Below are positions 26,710 through 35,549 of a stretch of DNA of 37,549 nt, piece after piece (the first letter of the stretch is position 1; the number at the start of each line of letters is the position of its first letter). Below the pieces are notes generated by a model that was not told the DNA's origin, ran no database searches, and worked only from the letters and a program-made list of their open reading frames with translations. This DNA is from an uncultured Ruminococcus sp. (GTDB taxonomy: Bacteria; Bacillota; Clostridia; Oscillospirales; Ruminococcaceae): assembly GCA_964552995.1 (NCBI GenBank), contig CAZKJC010000002.1, forward strand, positions 1,873-39,421, read 5' to 3'. The position numbers were made by a program, and so were the translations under genes.

Positions 26710-27924
26710 ATGGACGTTTATATGGCGCGTCAGCCTATTTTCGGAGAGGACGACAAGGTTTATGCCTATGAGCTTCTTTACCGAAGCAACAACAAGGATA
26801 ACTGCTATACGGGAGTAAGCGGCGACGAGTCCACCGCCGACGTGGTGACCAATGCTTTTTTCGGGCTGGACGTCCGCAATATAATCGGAAACGCCCGCGC
26901 GTTTATAAATTTCACGGGAAATCTTCTGAAGCACGGAGTTCCCCATATGATATCCCCCGACATTCTGGTGGTAGAGGTGCTTGAAAATCAGATGATGGAC
27001 GAGGATATCCTCAACGCCTGCCAGGAGCTTAAGGAGCGCGGCTATATGCTGGCGCTGGACGATTTCGAGTACGAAAACGCGTACAGCGAGCTGTTCCAGA
27101 TGGGCGACCTTGTAAAGATAGATTTCAGGACCGCCCAGAAATCCATAGAGGAGACCGCCTATATCTGCCGCTACTGCAACAAGCTGATGCTGGCGGAGAA
27201 GATAGAGAACCGCGAGGAGTACGAGTACGCCAAGCGGCTGGGCTGCACCTTTACGCAGGGGTATTTCTTCGCGAAGCCCACTATAATGTCGCGCACGAGC
27301 ATTCAGCCGCTGCCCGTCAACTTTATGCAGGTAATGCAGCTTGTGTCGCAGCCCGAGCCGGAGATCGCGGATATCGTTGAGGTCATCTCGCGGGACACCG
27401 CTATGTGCCAGCGGCTGCTCCGACTGATAAACTCGGTGTATTTCGGGGTGAGGAACAGGGTCTCATCAATTAGCCAGGCGCTGGTAATACTGGGGCTGGA
27501 CTACCTGCGCGAGTGGGTCTACCTGATGGGAATGCAGCGTATCACCCAGAATGACAATGTGGAGATGATGAGGCTGTCGGTGCTGATGGCAAAATTCTGC
27601 CGCGCTATCTCTCAGCTTATACCGTCGGTCGAGGCGGAGGGCGAGTCCTTCTACCTGATGGGCTTGCTGTCAATGGTTACATACAGCGGCGAAAAGGAGC
27701 TGGTGCAGACTCTTGAGGAGTTCCCGCTGACTGAGGACATCAAAAACGGACTTATGCGCAAGGGCGGCGTTTACGGCGACGTGTTTGAAATGGCATACAA
27801 CTATGAAAAGGGCAACTGGGATATCGTGGATAAATTCGCGGAGAAATACGATCTCAACAGCGAAAAGATATCCGAGGTCTTTGTGGAGTGCGTAAAGGAC
27901 GCGGAGCGTATAAAAATGCTTTAA
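26710..27924 (+). CDS. EAL and HDOD domain c-di-GMP phosphodiesterase (YuxH/PdeH-like)
   Basis: ARQPI, YELLYR, FINF, VEVLE, ALDDF, VKID, LAEKIE, QGYFF; HDOD LLRLINS...ISQALVILG. Confidence 0.92.
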   Translation: MDVYMARQPIFGEDDKVYAYELLYRSNNKDNCYTGVSGDESTADVVTNAFFGLDVRNIIGNARAFINFTGNLLKHGVPHMISPDILVVEVLENQMMDEDILNACQELKERGYMLALDDFEYENAYSELFQMGDLVKIDFRTAQKSIEETAYICRYCNKLMLAEKIENREEYEYAKRLGCTFTQGYFFAKPTIMSRTSIQPLPVNFMQVMQLVSQPEPEIADIVEVISRDTAMCQRLLRLINSVYFGVRNRVSSISQALVILGLDYLREWVYLMGMQRITQNDNVEMMRLSVLMAKFCRAISQLIPSVEAEGESFYLMGLLSMVTYSGEKELVQTLEEFPLTEDIKNGLMRKGGVYGDVFEMAYNYEKGNWDIVDKFAEKYDLNSEKISEVFVECVKDAERIKML

Positions 27925-27936
27925 ACAGAGGCAATT

Positions 27937-29031
27937 ATGGGATTTTTTATTGATGATATTGAAAGCGGTCTGTGGGATTACCTTAAGCAGACCAAAAAGA
28001 AGATCGTCCTGTACGGCATGGGCGACGGCGCGGAGAAGATAAAGTCCGTACTGGACGATATCGGCGCGGAGGTCGCGGACGTGATGGCAAGCGACGGGTT
28101 TGTCCGCGGGCACAGCTTTTTCGGAGTTCGGGTAAAAACCCTGTCCGAGATAGAGGAGCTTTACGGAGATGATTTTCTGATACTGCTGTGCTTCGGAACG
28201 CAGTTTCCGGAGGTGCTGGAGCATATCTATGAGATAGACGGGCGGCATGAGCTTTACGCGCCGAGCGTTCCTGTGGTGGGGGAGGGCTTGTTCACTCCCG
28301 AATACGCAAAAGAGCACCGAAACGAGTTCAAGCAGGTGTACGATATTCTCGCGGACGAGCAGTCACGAAAGGTCTTCGAATCGGTGATACGCTATAAAAT
28401 AAGCGGAAAGCTGGATCATCTGCGCGAATGCGAAACGCCGTCGGAGGAAAAATTCGAGCTGCTGAGGATAGGCGTGGAGGAGATATATGCCGACCTCGGC
28501 GCGTATAACGGGGACACCATAGTGGAGTTTCTGAACGAGACCTCAATGCAGTTCAAGAAGATGTACGCGATGGAGCCGGACATGAAAAACTACCACAAGC
28601 TGAAAAGACGCCTGTACATGATAGGGTCGGCTATGCTGGAGGCATACAACGTCGGCGCCTGGAACGAGGACACGTCGATGATGTTCAGCCTTAGGGCGGG
28701 AAGAAGCTCGCGCGCCGTTCCCGAGGTGGGCGAGGATTACAATCCCGCGCGGTTCCGTGAGATAAAGATGATGAAGCTGGACACTATGCTGCGCGGCGAG
28801 GACGCTACCTATATCAAGTATGACGTTGAGGGAAGTGAAACGCAGGCTATCGAGGGCAGCCGCGAAACGATATCCCGCTGCCGTCCAAAGCTGAATGTGG
28901 CGCTGTATCACCGCAACGAGGATATGTTCGCGCTGCCGCTGATGATATACGGGATCAACAAAAAATACCGCATGTTTATGCGGCATCATCCGTATGTTCC
29001 CGATTGGGATACTAATTTATATTGTCTATAA
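27937..29031 (+). CDS. FkbM family SAM-dependent methyltransferase
   Basis: DLGAYNGDT, AMEPD, IKYDVEGSE, ALYH. Confidence 0.9.
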   Translation: MGFFIDDIESGLWDYLKQTKKKIVLYGMGDGAEKIKSVLDDIGAEVADVMASDGFVRGHSFFGVRVKTLSEIEELYGDDFLILLCFGTQFPEVLEHIYEIDGRHELYAPSVPVVGEGLFTPEYAKEHRNEFKQVYDILADEQSRKVFESVIRYKISGKLDHLRECETPSEEKFELLRIGVEEIYADLGAYNGDTIVEFLNETSMQFKKMYAMEPDMKNYHKLKRRLYMIGSAMLEAYNVGAWNEDTSMMFSLRAGRSSRAVPEVGEDYNPARFREIKMMKLDTMLRGEDATYIKYDVEGSETQAIEGSRETISRCRPKLNVALYHRNEDMFALPLMIYGINKKYRMFMRHHPYVPDWDTNLYCL

Positions 29032-29073
29032 GAACAAGGCAAGGGCGGCTGAGCCGCGCCAAAAGGAGATATT

Positions 29074-29853
29074 ATGAGATTAGTTATAGGAATAATTTTA
29101 GTTGTATTGCTTGTCGCCGCTCTGGTGGGATATCTGATACTGGTGCTGAATACCGAGCAGATGATATATTGCGGGGATATTTCCAGCCAGGACACCTCAC
29201 GGAATTATATCACGCGTATATATACCACGGATCTGAGCGCCGACGAGGTGCTCGGCGAGATAGTCGCCACCATGAGCAGCACGGAGGGCGACAGCGTTCC
29301 GGTGGACGAGCTGACGCAGATACTCGCGACATACCAGGATATCATATACGCTCCCGTGTTCATGCTTGATATGCAGCAGATAGACGAATCTACCTATGTG
29401 CTGTCGGGCAGCGTTTATAACGGTCTTAAGGATAACGGCGAGCCCGCGGATACGGACTACGGATACAAAAATCTCGGTCTCGCGGCGGGTATAACCAACG
29501 GCGCGGTGGTAGCGGCGCAGAACGTTTATCCTCTGGTGGAAAACAAGAGCGGAGAGATCGAGTTCCAGACCCGCAAGGAGGTAGTAGACCCGATAATAAC
29601 CGACAACGGTACAGGAGCGGCGTTTGCGTTCAAGGACTGCGACAGCTTCCGTCTGGTGTTCACCGAGACCGACGGGCTTACCGCTTCCGTTTCGCTTGCC
29701 TACACATATGACGTGGTGGCGGTCAGCCCCTTTGATTTTACCTCGGTCGACGGCGGCGTTATGTACATCAATGTTGATATCGCCTATAATGACGACGGGG
29801 CGCTCGAGCCGGTATACACGATGGAGCGCGGCATTGTACAGGTGGTAAAGTGA
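29074..29853 (+). CDS. Hypothetical membrane-anchored protein
   Basis: N-terminal TM helix, acidic beta-rich remainder; RBS AAGGAG; host-like codon usage. Confidence 0.8.
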   Translation: MRLVIGIILVVLLVAALVGYLILVLNTEQMIYCGDISSQDTSRNYITRIYTTDLSADEVLGEIVATMSSTEGDSVPVDELTQILATYQDIIYAPVFMLDMQQIDESTYVLSGSVYNGLKDNGEPADTDYGYKNLGLAAGITNGAVVAAQNVYPLVENKSGEIEFQTRKEVVDPIITDNGTGAAFAFKDCDSFRLVFTETDGLTASVSLAYTYDVVAVSPFDFTSVDGGVMYINVDIAYNDDGALEPVYTMERGIVQVVK

Positions 29854-29949
29854 TTTTTATATGAGAATCGGGGGTTGTCCGTTTTTCGGGCAGCCTCTAA
29901 AAGTTAAAAAAATAATTTAGTATAATAGGGTCGCTGAACGCTTAGCAGT

Positions 29950-30335
29950 CCACGCGCGAAGCGCGGATTTGTTTTCGCTTCCTTTTGATACAAAAGGAAG
30001 TGGGGTCCAGGGGCAAAGCCCCTGCCGAGGTGCTGTCCCGATTAGCGTAAGCGATGCGGCTTGGGGAAAAGTCCCCTGAAAAGTACAGTATTGCGAATGT
30101 GGGGTGCACTGCACCCCACACCCCTGGATTAAAAATCCTAGCTTACGCAAGGATTTTTAATATGGGGAAAACTCTTGTTTTCCCCAAACCCTTTAGCGCT
30201 TCGCTGGCGCTATTTGCGGCGCTTCGCGCCGAGAGTGGGGCTTTGCCCCACACCCCAGCAAGGGCGCTGCCCCTGCACCCTGCCAAAGGGACGCGTCCCT
30301 TTGGAATCTCGATACCGCGCTTCGCGCGGGGGCTG
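29950..30335. repeat. Mosaic cluster of short GC-rich palindromes (REP/BIME-like)
   Basis: CGCGCGAAGCGCGG, TTCCTTTTG-ata-CAAAAGGAA, CAGGGGCAAAGCCCCTG, GGGGTGCACTGCACCCC, GGGGAAAAC-tctt-GTTTTCCCC, CCAAAGGGAC-gc-GTCCCTTTGG, CCGCGCTTCGCGCG. Confidence 0.85.
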
Positions 30336-30396
30336 CCAAACATTCAGCGTTACCTCTATTATGTTAAATTATTCATTTACACTTGGAGTTTTAAAA

Positions 30397-31317
30397 ATGA
30401 AATGTGATTTATGCCCCCGCAGGTGCGGCGCCGACAGAGCCCACGGCGGGCGCGGCTACTGCGGAATGGGCGATAAGCCGACGGCGGCGCGGGCGGCGCT
30501 GCATTACTGGGAGGAGCCCTGCGTTTCGGGCACACGCGGCAGCGGTACGGTATTTTTCTCGGGCTGCGTTATGCGGTGCGCCTATTGCCAGAATTACTCG
30601 GTGAGCGGCGGCGTGGGCAGGGAGATAACCGTTGAGCGGCTTTCGGATATTTTCCTTGAGCTTGAGGAGCAGGGCGCGCATAATATCAACCTGGTGAACC
30701 CCACCCATTTCGTGCCGCAGATAATCGAAGCGCTGGACAGGGCAAAGGGGCGGCTGGGTATTCCGGTCGTGTATAACAGCGGCGGCTATGAGCGTATGGA
30801 AACTCTGAAAATGCTGGAGGGCTATGTGGACGTCTACCTGCCCGATATAAAATATTTTTCGGAGGAGATATCCTTAAAGCTGTCCAACGCCCCGAATTAT
30901 TTCGGGATCGCTATGGCGGCGGTCGGGGAGATGGTAAGGCAGACGGGAGCTCCTATTTTTGAGGGATATGACGGCGTTCTCCCCGAAAACGAGCCCGTTC
31001 CGGACGCTGTGTTGCTGAAAGGAACGATAGTGCGGCATCTCGTGCTGCCGACACTCTATAAGGACAGCATAGAGGTCATAAGGCGCGTCGGGGAACGCTT
31101 CGGCGGCTCGGTACTGTTCAGTCTTATGAGCCAATACACCCCGTTCGGGCGGGTCGTGAGCGACAGCGCGCTGTCAAAGCTCAACAGGCGTATCACCACC
31201 TTTGAGTACCGCAAGGCTCTCGACGCGGTACAGGCTGCGGGACTGCGCGGGTATATGCAGGAGAAAAGCTCCGCGAAAGAGGAGTATACGCCCGAGTTTG
31301 ATCTGAGGGGCTTGTAA
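30397..31317 (+). CDS. Radical SAM protein, PflX-like (PFL-activating-enzyme-related)
   Basis: CDLCPRRCG, WEEPCVSG, GSGTVFFSGCVMRCAYCQN, NINLVNPTH, VRHLVLP, MSQYTP; ATG 30397. Confidence 0.9.
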   Translation: MKCDLCPRRCGADRAHGGRGYCGMGDKPTAARAALHYWEEPCVSGTRGSGTVFFSGCVMRCAYCQNYSVSGGVGREITVERLSDIFLELEEQGAHNINLVNPTHFVPQIIEALDRAKGRLGIPVVYNSGGYERMETLKMLEGYVDVYLPDIKYFSEEISLKLSNAPNYFGIAMAAVGEMVRQTGAPIFEGYDGVLPENEPVPDAVLLKGTIVRHLVLPTLYKDSIEVIRRVGERFGGSVLFSLMSQYTPFGRVVSDSALSKLNRRITTFEYRKALDAVQAAGLRGYMQEKSSAKEEYTPEFDLRGL

Positions 31318-31344
31318 ATTTTGAAAACTTTTCGCGCAACCCCC

Positions 31345-31373
31345 TTTACAAAAAGCAAATAATGTATTAAAAT
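31345..31373 (+). promoter_or_regulatory. Putative sigma-A promoter
   Basis: TTTACA-17 bp-TAAAAT. Confidence 0.5.
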
Positions 31374-31423
31374 ATATTTGGTATACTGCAACAGTCTGTA
31401 TATAAAATGTTGATCAGGGTAAA

Positions 31424-31616
31424 TTTATTTAGATTTGAAATTTTCCGCGACCCGCCCGACATGCTTCACTCCGCTGCGCGGAGCGAAGCACATCAGGCTC
31501 TCGCGAAAAATTTCCTGCTTCTTTATTTAGATTTGAAATTTTTCGCGACCCGCCCGCCACGCCTCACTCCGCTGCGCGGAGCGAAGCATGTCAGGCTCTC
31601 GCGAAAAATTTCCTGC
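31424..31616. repeat. Tandem pair (98-bp period) of palindromic element family D
   Basis: 31424-31518 and 31522-31616 are near-identical; each has GAAATTTT(T/C)CGCGA...TCGCGAAAAATTTC around CTCCGC-tgc-GCGGAG. Confidence 0.93.
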
Positions 31617-31686
31617 CTCGACATTGCGTTGCGATTACTTTTTACAAGCTGATGCGGGATACCGCAATAAAAAACGGAGCGATATT

Positions 31687-32442
31687 ATGAAAAATTTTAA
31701 GGAAATGAATCTTGGTGTATCGGGCGACAGCATTACGCAGGGCAATCAGTGGAGCTATCATGTGTACAGGTCGCTGAATATGAAAAGTCACCACAATACC
31801 GCGGTGGGAAGCTCGGTGTGGTACAAGAGGAGCGTGGAGTGCGGCGGAAAGACCCTCACCACGCAGGATTACGGCTCGCCCGATTTCGCGGGGATAAGCG
31901 GCGGATGGGAGCCCACGGAGGACGCGGAGGAGCTTCAGATGCGCATGAACAACTGCGCCGTGGTACATATTCAGAAGTTCCTCGCAGAGGTCGAGAGCGG
32001 GGAGTATCCCGCGCCGGATATTTTCGTGTTCGCCTATGGAACAAACGACGCGGCGGAGTGCGTGGGCAGCGCGGAAAAAGCTCTTGAGGGAAAGACGGCG
32101 GAGAGCGCCGATCTCTTTACCGAGGCGGGCGCTATGCGTTGGTGCATACAGCTTATCAGAGAGAAATTCCCCGAGTGCCGCGTTTTCGTAATGACTCCCA
32201 TACAGTCGGGCAAACCCGAGCATAACGCTAAAAACCGCATTCTTATAGAGAATATGAGGACTGTCTGCCGCGAGCTTTCGGTGCAGATGATAGACTGCTA
32301 CGGCAGCTGCGGGATATGCGAGAAATTCGAGATCGACGGCGGCGAGGGCAGGTATCTCCGCGACGGGCTCCACCCTAAGGAAAACGGGCAGCTTCTCCAG
32401 GGCAAGTTTGTGTCCAAAGAGATATACAACAATTATTTTTAA
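31687..32442 (+). CDS. SGNH/GDSL hydrolase
   Basis: GDSITQG, YGTND and DGLHP blocks; ATG 31687 after GGAG. Confidence 0.92.
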   Translation: MKNFKEMNLGVSGDSITQGNQWSYHVYRSLNMKSHHNTAVGSSVWYKRSVECGGKTLTTQDYGSPDFAGISGGWEPTEDAEELQMRMNNCAVVHIQKFLAEVESGEYPAPDIFVFAYGTNDAAECVGSAEKALEGKTAESADLFTEAGAMRWCIQLIREKFPECRVFVMTPIQSGKPEHNAKNRILIENMRTVCRELSVQMIDCYGSCGICEKFEIDGGEGRYLRDGLHPKENGQLLQGKFVSKEIYNNYF

Positions 32443-32451
32443 GGCTCGCAA

Positions 32452-33387
32452 ATGGAATTTCCTTATGAGATACGGGAGTATGTGGAGGAGCTTGCGGCAA
32501 AGCAGGAGGGTCTGCTGAAGGCGGCGGAGCGCCTTTCGGAGCGTTACCGCGGCGAGAGCGGAAACGGCAGTCCGCTGGTGAACGGCGGCCGCGATATCCT
32601 CGCATACGCGGCGGTGAGAATGCCCGCCACCTTCGGAGCGGCGGCGAAGGCGCTGGAGCTTACGCTGAAGCATTTTGACGGAGAGATAGGCTCGGTGCTG
32701 GACGTCGGCGCAGGAACGGGCGCGGCAAGCCTTGCGGCGCATTTCCTGACGGGCTGCGGCGATATCGTCTGCCTTGAACGGGAGCAGGGAATGATAGACC
32801 TCGGCAGAGAGCTTTCACAGCGCTGCGGCGCGGATTTCCGCTGGATAAAGCGCGATATAGCCGGCGGCGTGGAGCGGCGGGCGGATATGGTGATATCGGC
32901 GTACTGCCTTAACGAAATGACTGCCGCGGGACGGCGCTCCGCGCTGGAGAAGCTGTGGAGCTCGGCGGAAAAGCTGCTGATACTGATAGAGCCGGGAACG
33001 CCGGAGGGCTTCTCGCAGATAAAACAGGCGAGAGAGCTGCTGACAGGGCTTGGCGGCAGCGTAGCCGCGCCCTGTCCGAATATCGGCGAATGTCCCATGA
33101 CGGAGGGCGACTGGTGTCATTTCACCGCGAGAATAGCCCGCGGTAAGCTGCATAAGCGGCTTAAGGGCGGCGACGTTCCCTATGAGGACGAGAAATTCAG
33201 CTTTGTCGCGGTCTCGCGGGAGCAATGCCGACCCTGCGCGGCGCGGATACTGCGCCACCCGAGGATAGACAGCGGAAGAGTCACTCTGCGGCTGTGCACG
33301 GAGCGGGGTGTTGAGGAGCGCATGGTAACGCGCAAAGACCCGCGGTTCAAAGCCGCGCGTAAATCCGAAAGCGGGGAAGCCTTTTGA
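32452..33387 (+). CDS. Rsm22 family (small ribosomal subunit) methyltransferase
   Basis: AYAAVRMPAT, LDVGAGTG, LIEPGTPEGF, APCP...C...WCHF, EDEKFSF, LCT. Confidence 0.9.
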   Translation: MEFPYEIREYVEELAAKQEGLLKAAERLSERYRGESGNGSPLVNGGRDILAYAAVRMPATFGAAAKALELTLKHFDGEIGSVLDVGAGTGAASLAAHFLTGCGDIVCLEREQGMIDLGRELSQRCGADFRWIKRDIAGGVERRADMVISAYCLNEMTAAGRRSALEKLWSSAEKLLILIEPGTPEGFSQIKQARELLTGLGGSVAAPCPNIGECPMTEGDWCHFTARIARGKLHKRLKGGDVPYEDEKFSFVAVSREQCRPCAARILRHPRIDSGRVTLRLCTERGVEERMVTRKDPRFKAARKSESGEAF

Positions 33388-33410
33388 GCGGGAGATTACG
33401 GTGAGGTAGA

Positions 33411-34010
33411 ATGGATATTTATCTGATGGAGACCCGCGGGCTCAGCTTTGCGGAGGTTGAAAAATTCCTGCCGAGGGTCACGGAGAGCCGTCGGCAGAGC
33501 GTGCTGAAAAAGCGCGACGAGTCCGCAAAGGTGGAGTCGCTGATGGCGGAGGTCCTGGTGCTGTGGGGCATAAGGGAGCGCACGGGTCTGGCGCCGCGCG
33601 ATGTTAAATTTGAGCGGGGAGCGCACGGAAAGCCTTATCTAGCGGGGAGCGATCTGTATTTTTCGCTGTCTCACACAAAGGGCGCGGTATGCGCGGCGTT
33701 CTCCGACAGTGAGGTCGGCGTGGATATCGAGCGGAGAGACAGGCGCGTAAGCGAGCAAGTGATAGACCGCGTGCTGAGCGAGCGGGAGCGCCCGCTGTGT
33801 TCCGAGGGCGAAGCGTTCATAAACGCGTGGGTGCGCAAGGAAGCTTTTTTAAAGCGGCTCGGGGTGGGTATCACGCGCGATCTGCGCAATGTGGACACGC
33901 TTATGCTGCCCGATACCGCCGCGTTCGTGCACGGTGATTATATCATAGGAGCTTCGGGCAGCGGCGCGGAGCAGGCTGTGATAATCGGGCGGGAGATAAG
34001 TCGGGTGTAA
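33411..34010 (+). CDS. Sfp-type 4'-phosphopantetheinyl transferase
   Basis: HGKP, FSLSHT, VGVDIE, WVRKEAFLK motifs. Confidence 0.92.
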   Translation: MDIYLMETRGLSFAEVEKFLPRVTESRRQSVLKKRDESAKVESLMAEVLVLWGIRERTGLAPRDVKFERGAHGKPYLAGSDLYFSLSHTKGAVCAAFSDSEVGVDIERRDRRVSEQVIDRVLSERERPLCSEGEAFINAWVRKEAFLKRLGVGITRDLRNVDTLMLPDTAAFVHGDYIIGASGSGAEQAVIIGREISRV

Positions 34011-34105
34011 AAGCGGCTGCGGCAAAGCAGCGCCCGCTCCGAGCAACGCAAGGTCCGTGCAGCTGAGGCGCGTTCGGATATATGGGGCAAAAAGCCCCCG
34101 CATCT

Positions 34106-34375
34106 GAATTTCAAAAAGTGCGCATTTGCCGAACGGCAAATGCTGCACGGTTTCCGCCGGGCATGCGCAGCGGAGTTGAGCGAAGCGAAACGCAGCGGAG
34201 TATGACCGGCGGAAATTTTGAAATTCTCATTAAAATCATTTACTCCTCATCAACATTTATTAACAGCCCCTTGTCAACACTGCATAATTGCATTATAGCC
34301 CCTCGTCAACACAATATGACCGCATAACAGCTTTTTGTCAACATAGCGTAAAAGCATCATAGCCAAGATCAGAAT
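34106..34375. repeat. Dispersed element family A, copy 2: palindromic core (34106-34226) plus TCAACA tail
   Basis: Direct homolog of 505-706; tail motifs at 34250, 34274, 34306, 34338 and a degenerate one at 34369. Confidence 0.9.
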
Positions 34376-34385
34376 AAAACCAACG

Positions 34386-34414
34386 GGAACGGCTTCAAAC
34401 AGAGCCGTTCCTTT
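34386..34414 (+). terminator. Terminator-like hairpin upstream of the B12 operon promoter
   Basis: GGAACGGCT-tcaaacag-AGCCGTTCC followed by TTT. Confidence 0.7.
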
Positions 34415-34422
34415 ATTCATGC

Positions 34423-34451
34423 TTGACAAAAAGAGCAAAATGTGATATAAT
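34423..34451 (+). promoter_or_regulatory. Consensus sigma-A promoter
   Basis: TTGACA-17 bp-TATAAT with extended TG. Confidence 0.9.
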
Positions 34452-34457
34452 CGGTAA

Positions 34458-34634
34458 TGCGGTCGGCAAAGAGGCCGCGGGCAGAGCCCGTGACCTCGGA
34501 ATGCGGTGAGAATCCGCAGCAGTCCCCGCTGCCGTGAGGAAGTTGTATTGCGTCGTTAGTGTCACTGGAGGGTAAGACCTTGGGGAAGGCAGGCGCAATG
34601 CGGGATATTCCAAGCCGGAAGACCTGCTGCCGCA
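34458..34634 (+). promoter_or_regulatory. Cobalamin riboswitch
   Basis: GGAA-TGCGGTGAGAATCCGCA-GCAGTCCCCGCTGCCGTGA, GTCACTG...GGGAAGG and B12 box AAGCCGGAAGACCTGC. Confidence 0.92.
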
Positions 34635-34658
34635 AATAAATTTATCGGAGGAATAAAG

Positions 34659-35549
34659 ATGAGGACAGGAAAAATTGTCGCGGGTATCACCGCGGCGGCG
34701 CTTTCCGCAATGATGACATCATTTGCGGCGGCGGCAGACGACCCCGCGGGCTATGTGAGCTTTACCGCTATCAAGTCCGCGATTGGGCAGGGCTTTACCG
34801 TGGAGCCGGTCAATGTTCCGCTCTATGAGGGGGACAAGGGCATTGACATCGTGAAGCGGGCGGTCGGCGAGGACGGCGTGGCGCTCACGGAGTCGGATTA
34901 CGGCGCGTACATCACGGGCTTCGCGGACGTAGACACTGGCGCGGAGATCCCCGCGGAGATAGCGGCGGTATGCCCCGAGATGACGGGACGGAATACCGAG
35001 GGCTATCTCTCCGCCTATGACTACACAGCGGAAAGCGGCTGGAGCTACTTTGTCAACGGCGAGTACGCACAGGTGGGTATCGCGGATTATGAGCCGCAGG
35101 ACGGCGACGTGCTGGAGTTCCGTTATACGGTGTACGGCTACGGCGCGGACCTGGGTATCGACAACAGCAGTTGGGGCGGCGCGGCGGCTCTGGTCGGGCA
35201 GGTCGACGCTTCTCAGCTCATAAGAGCCGCTGCGGATATAAAGCAGCATGACGAGCAAACCGCTAAGTCTGCGGCTTATGCGGGCGCAATGGAGACTCTG
35301 GCGCGATACGGCGCGGATCAATCCGAGATAGATCAGTCCATAGCGGCGCTGGCGGAGGAGCTGTACGCGGCAGAGCCGATAGCCGCCCCTCTGGAGGAAA
35401 CAGAGCAGTCCGACGGACAGAGCATTGCGGACGATAACAGCACCGACACCAAGGGCAGCCCCGACACGGGCGTTGAGGGCGTTGCCGTGGCGTTTGGCGC
35501 GGTAATTCTCGCGTGCGGAGCCGTGGCGGTTTCAAGAAAAGCTAAATGA
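34659..35549 (+). CDS. Sortase-anchored DUF4430 (transcobalamin C-terminal-like) surface protein
   Basis: Signal peptide; YGAYITG, SGWSYFVNG, DGDVLEFRYT; C-terminal GSPDTG + hydrophobic stretch + RKAK. Confidence 0.85.
   Translation: MRTGKIVAGITAAALSAMMTSFAAAADDPAGYVSFTAIKSAIGQGFTVEPVNVPLYEGDKGIDIVKRAVGEDGVALTESDYGAYITGFADVDTGAEIPAEIAAVCPEMTGRNTEGYLSAYDYTAESGWSYFVNGEYAQVGIADYEPQDGDVLEFRYTVYGYGADLGIDNSSWGGAAALVGQVDASQLIRAAADIKQHDEQTAKSAAYAGAMETLARYGADQSEIDQSIAALAEELYAAEPIAAPLEETEQSDGQSIADDNSTDTKGSPDTGVEGVAVAFGAVILACGAVAVSRKAK

Noticed and set aside
30054..30396. ORFs across the palindrome cluster and the 74-aa extension of the radical SAM gene
   Set aside because: Translations of GC-rich repeats; the family-like sequence starts at MKCDLCPR (30397)
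34240..34375. CRISPR array interpretation of the TCAACA units
   Set aside because: Repeats are short and degenerate, spacers are only about 12 bp, and there are no cas genes
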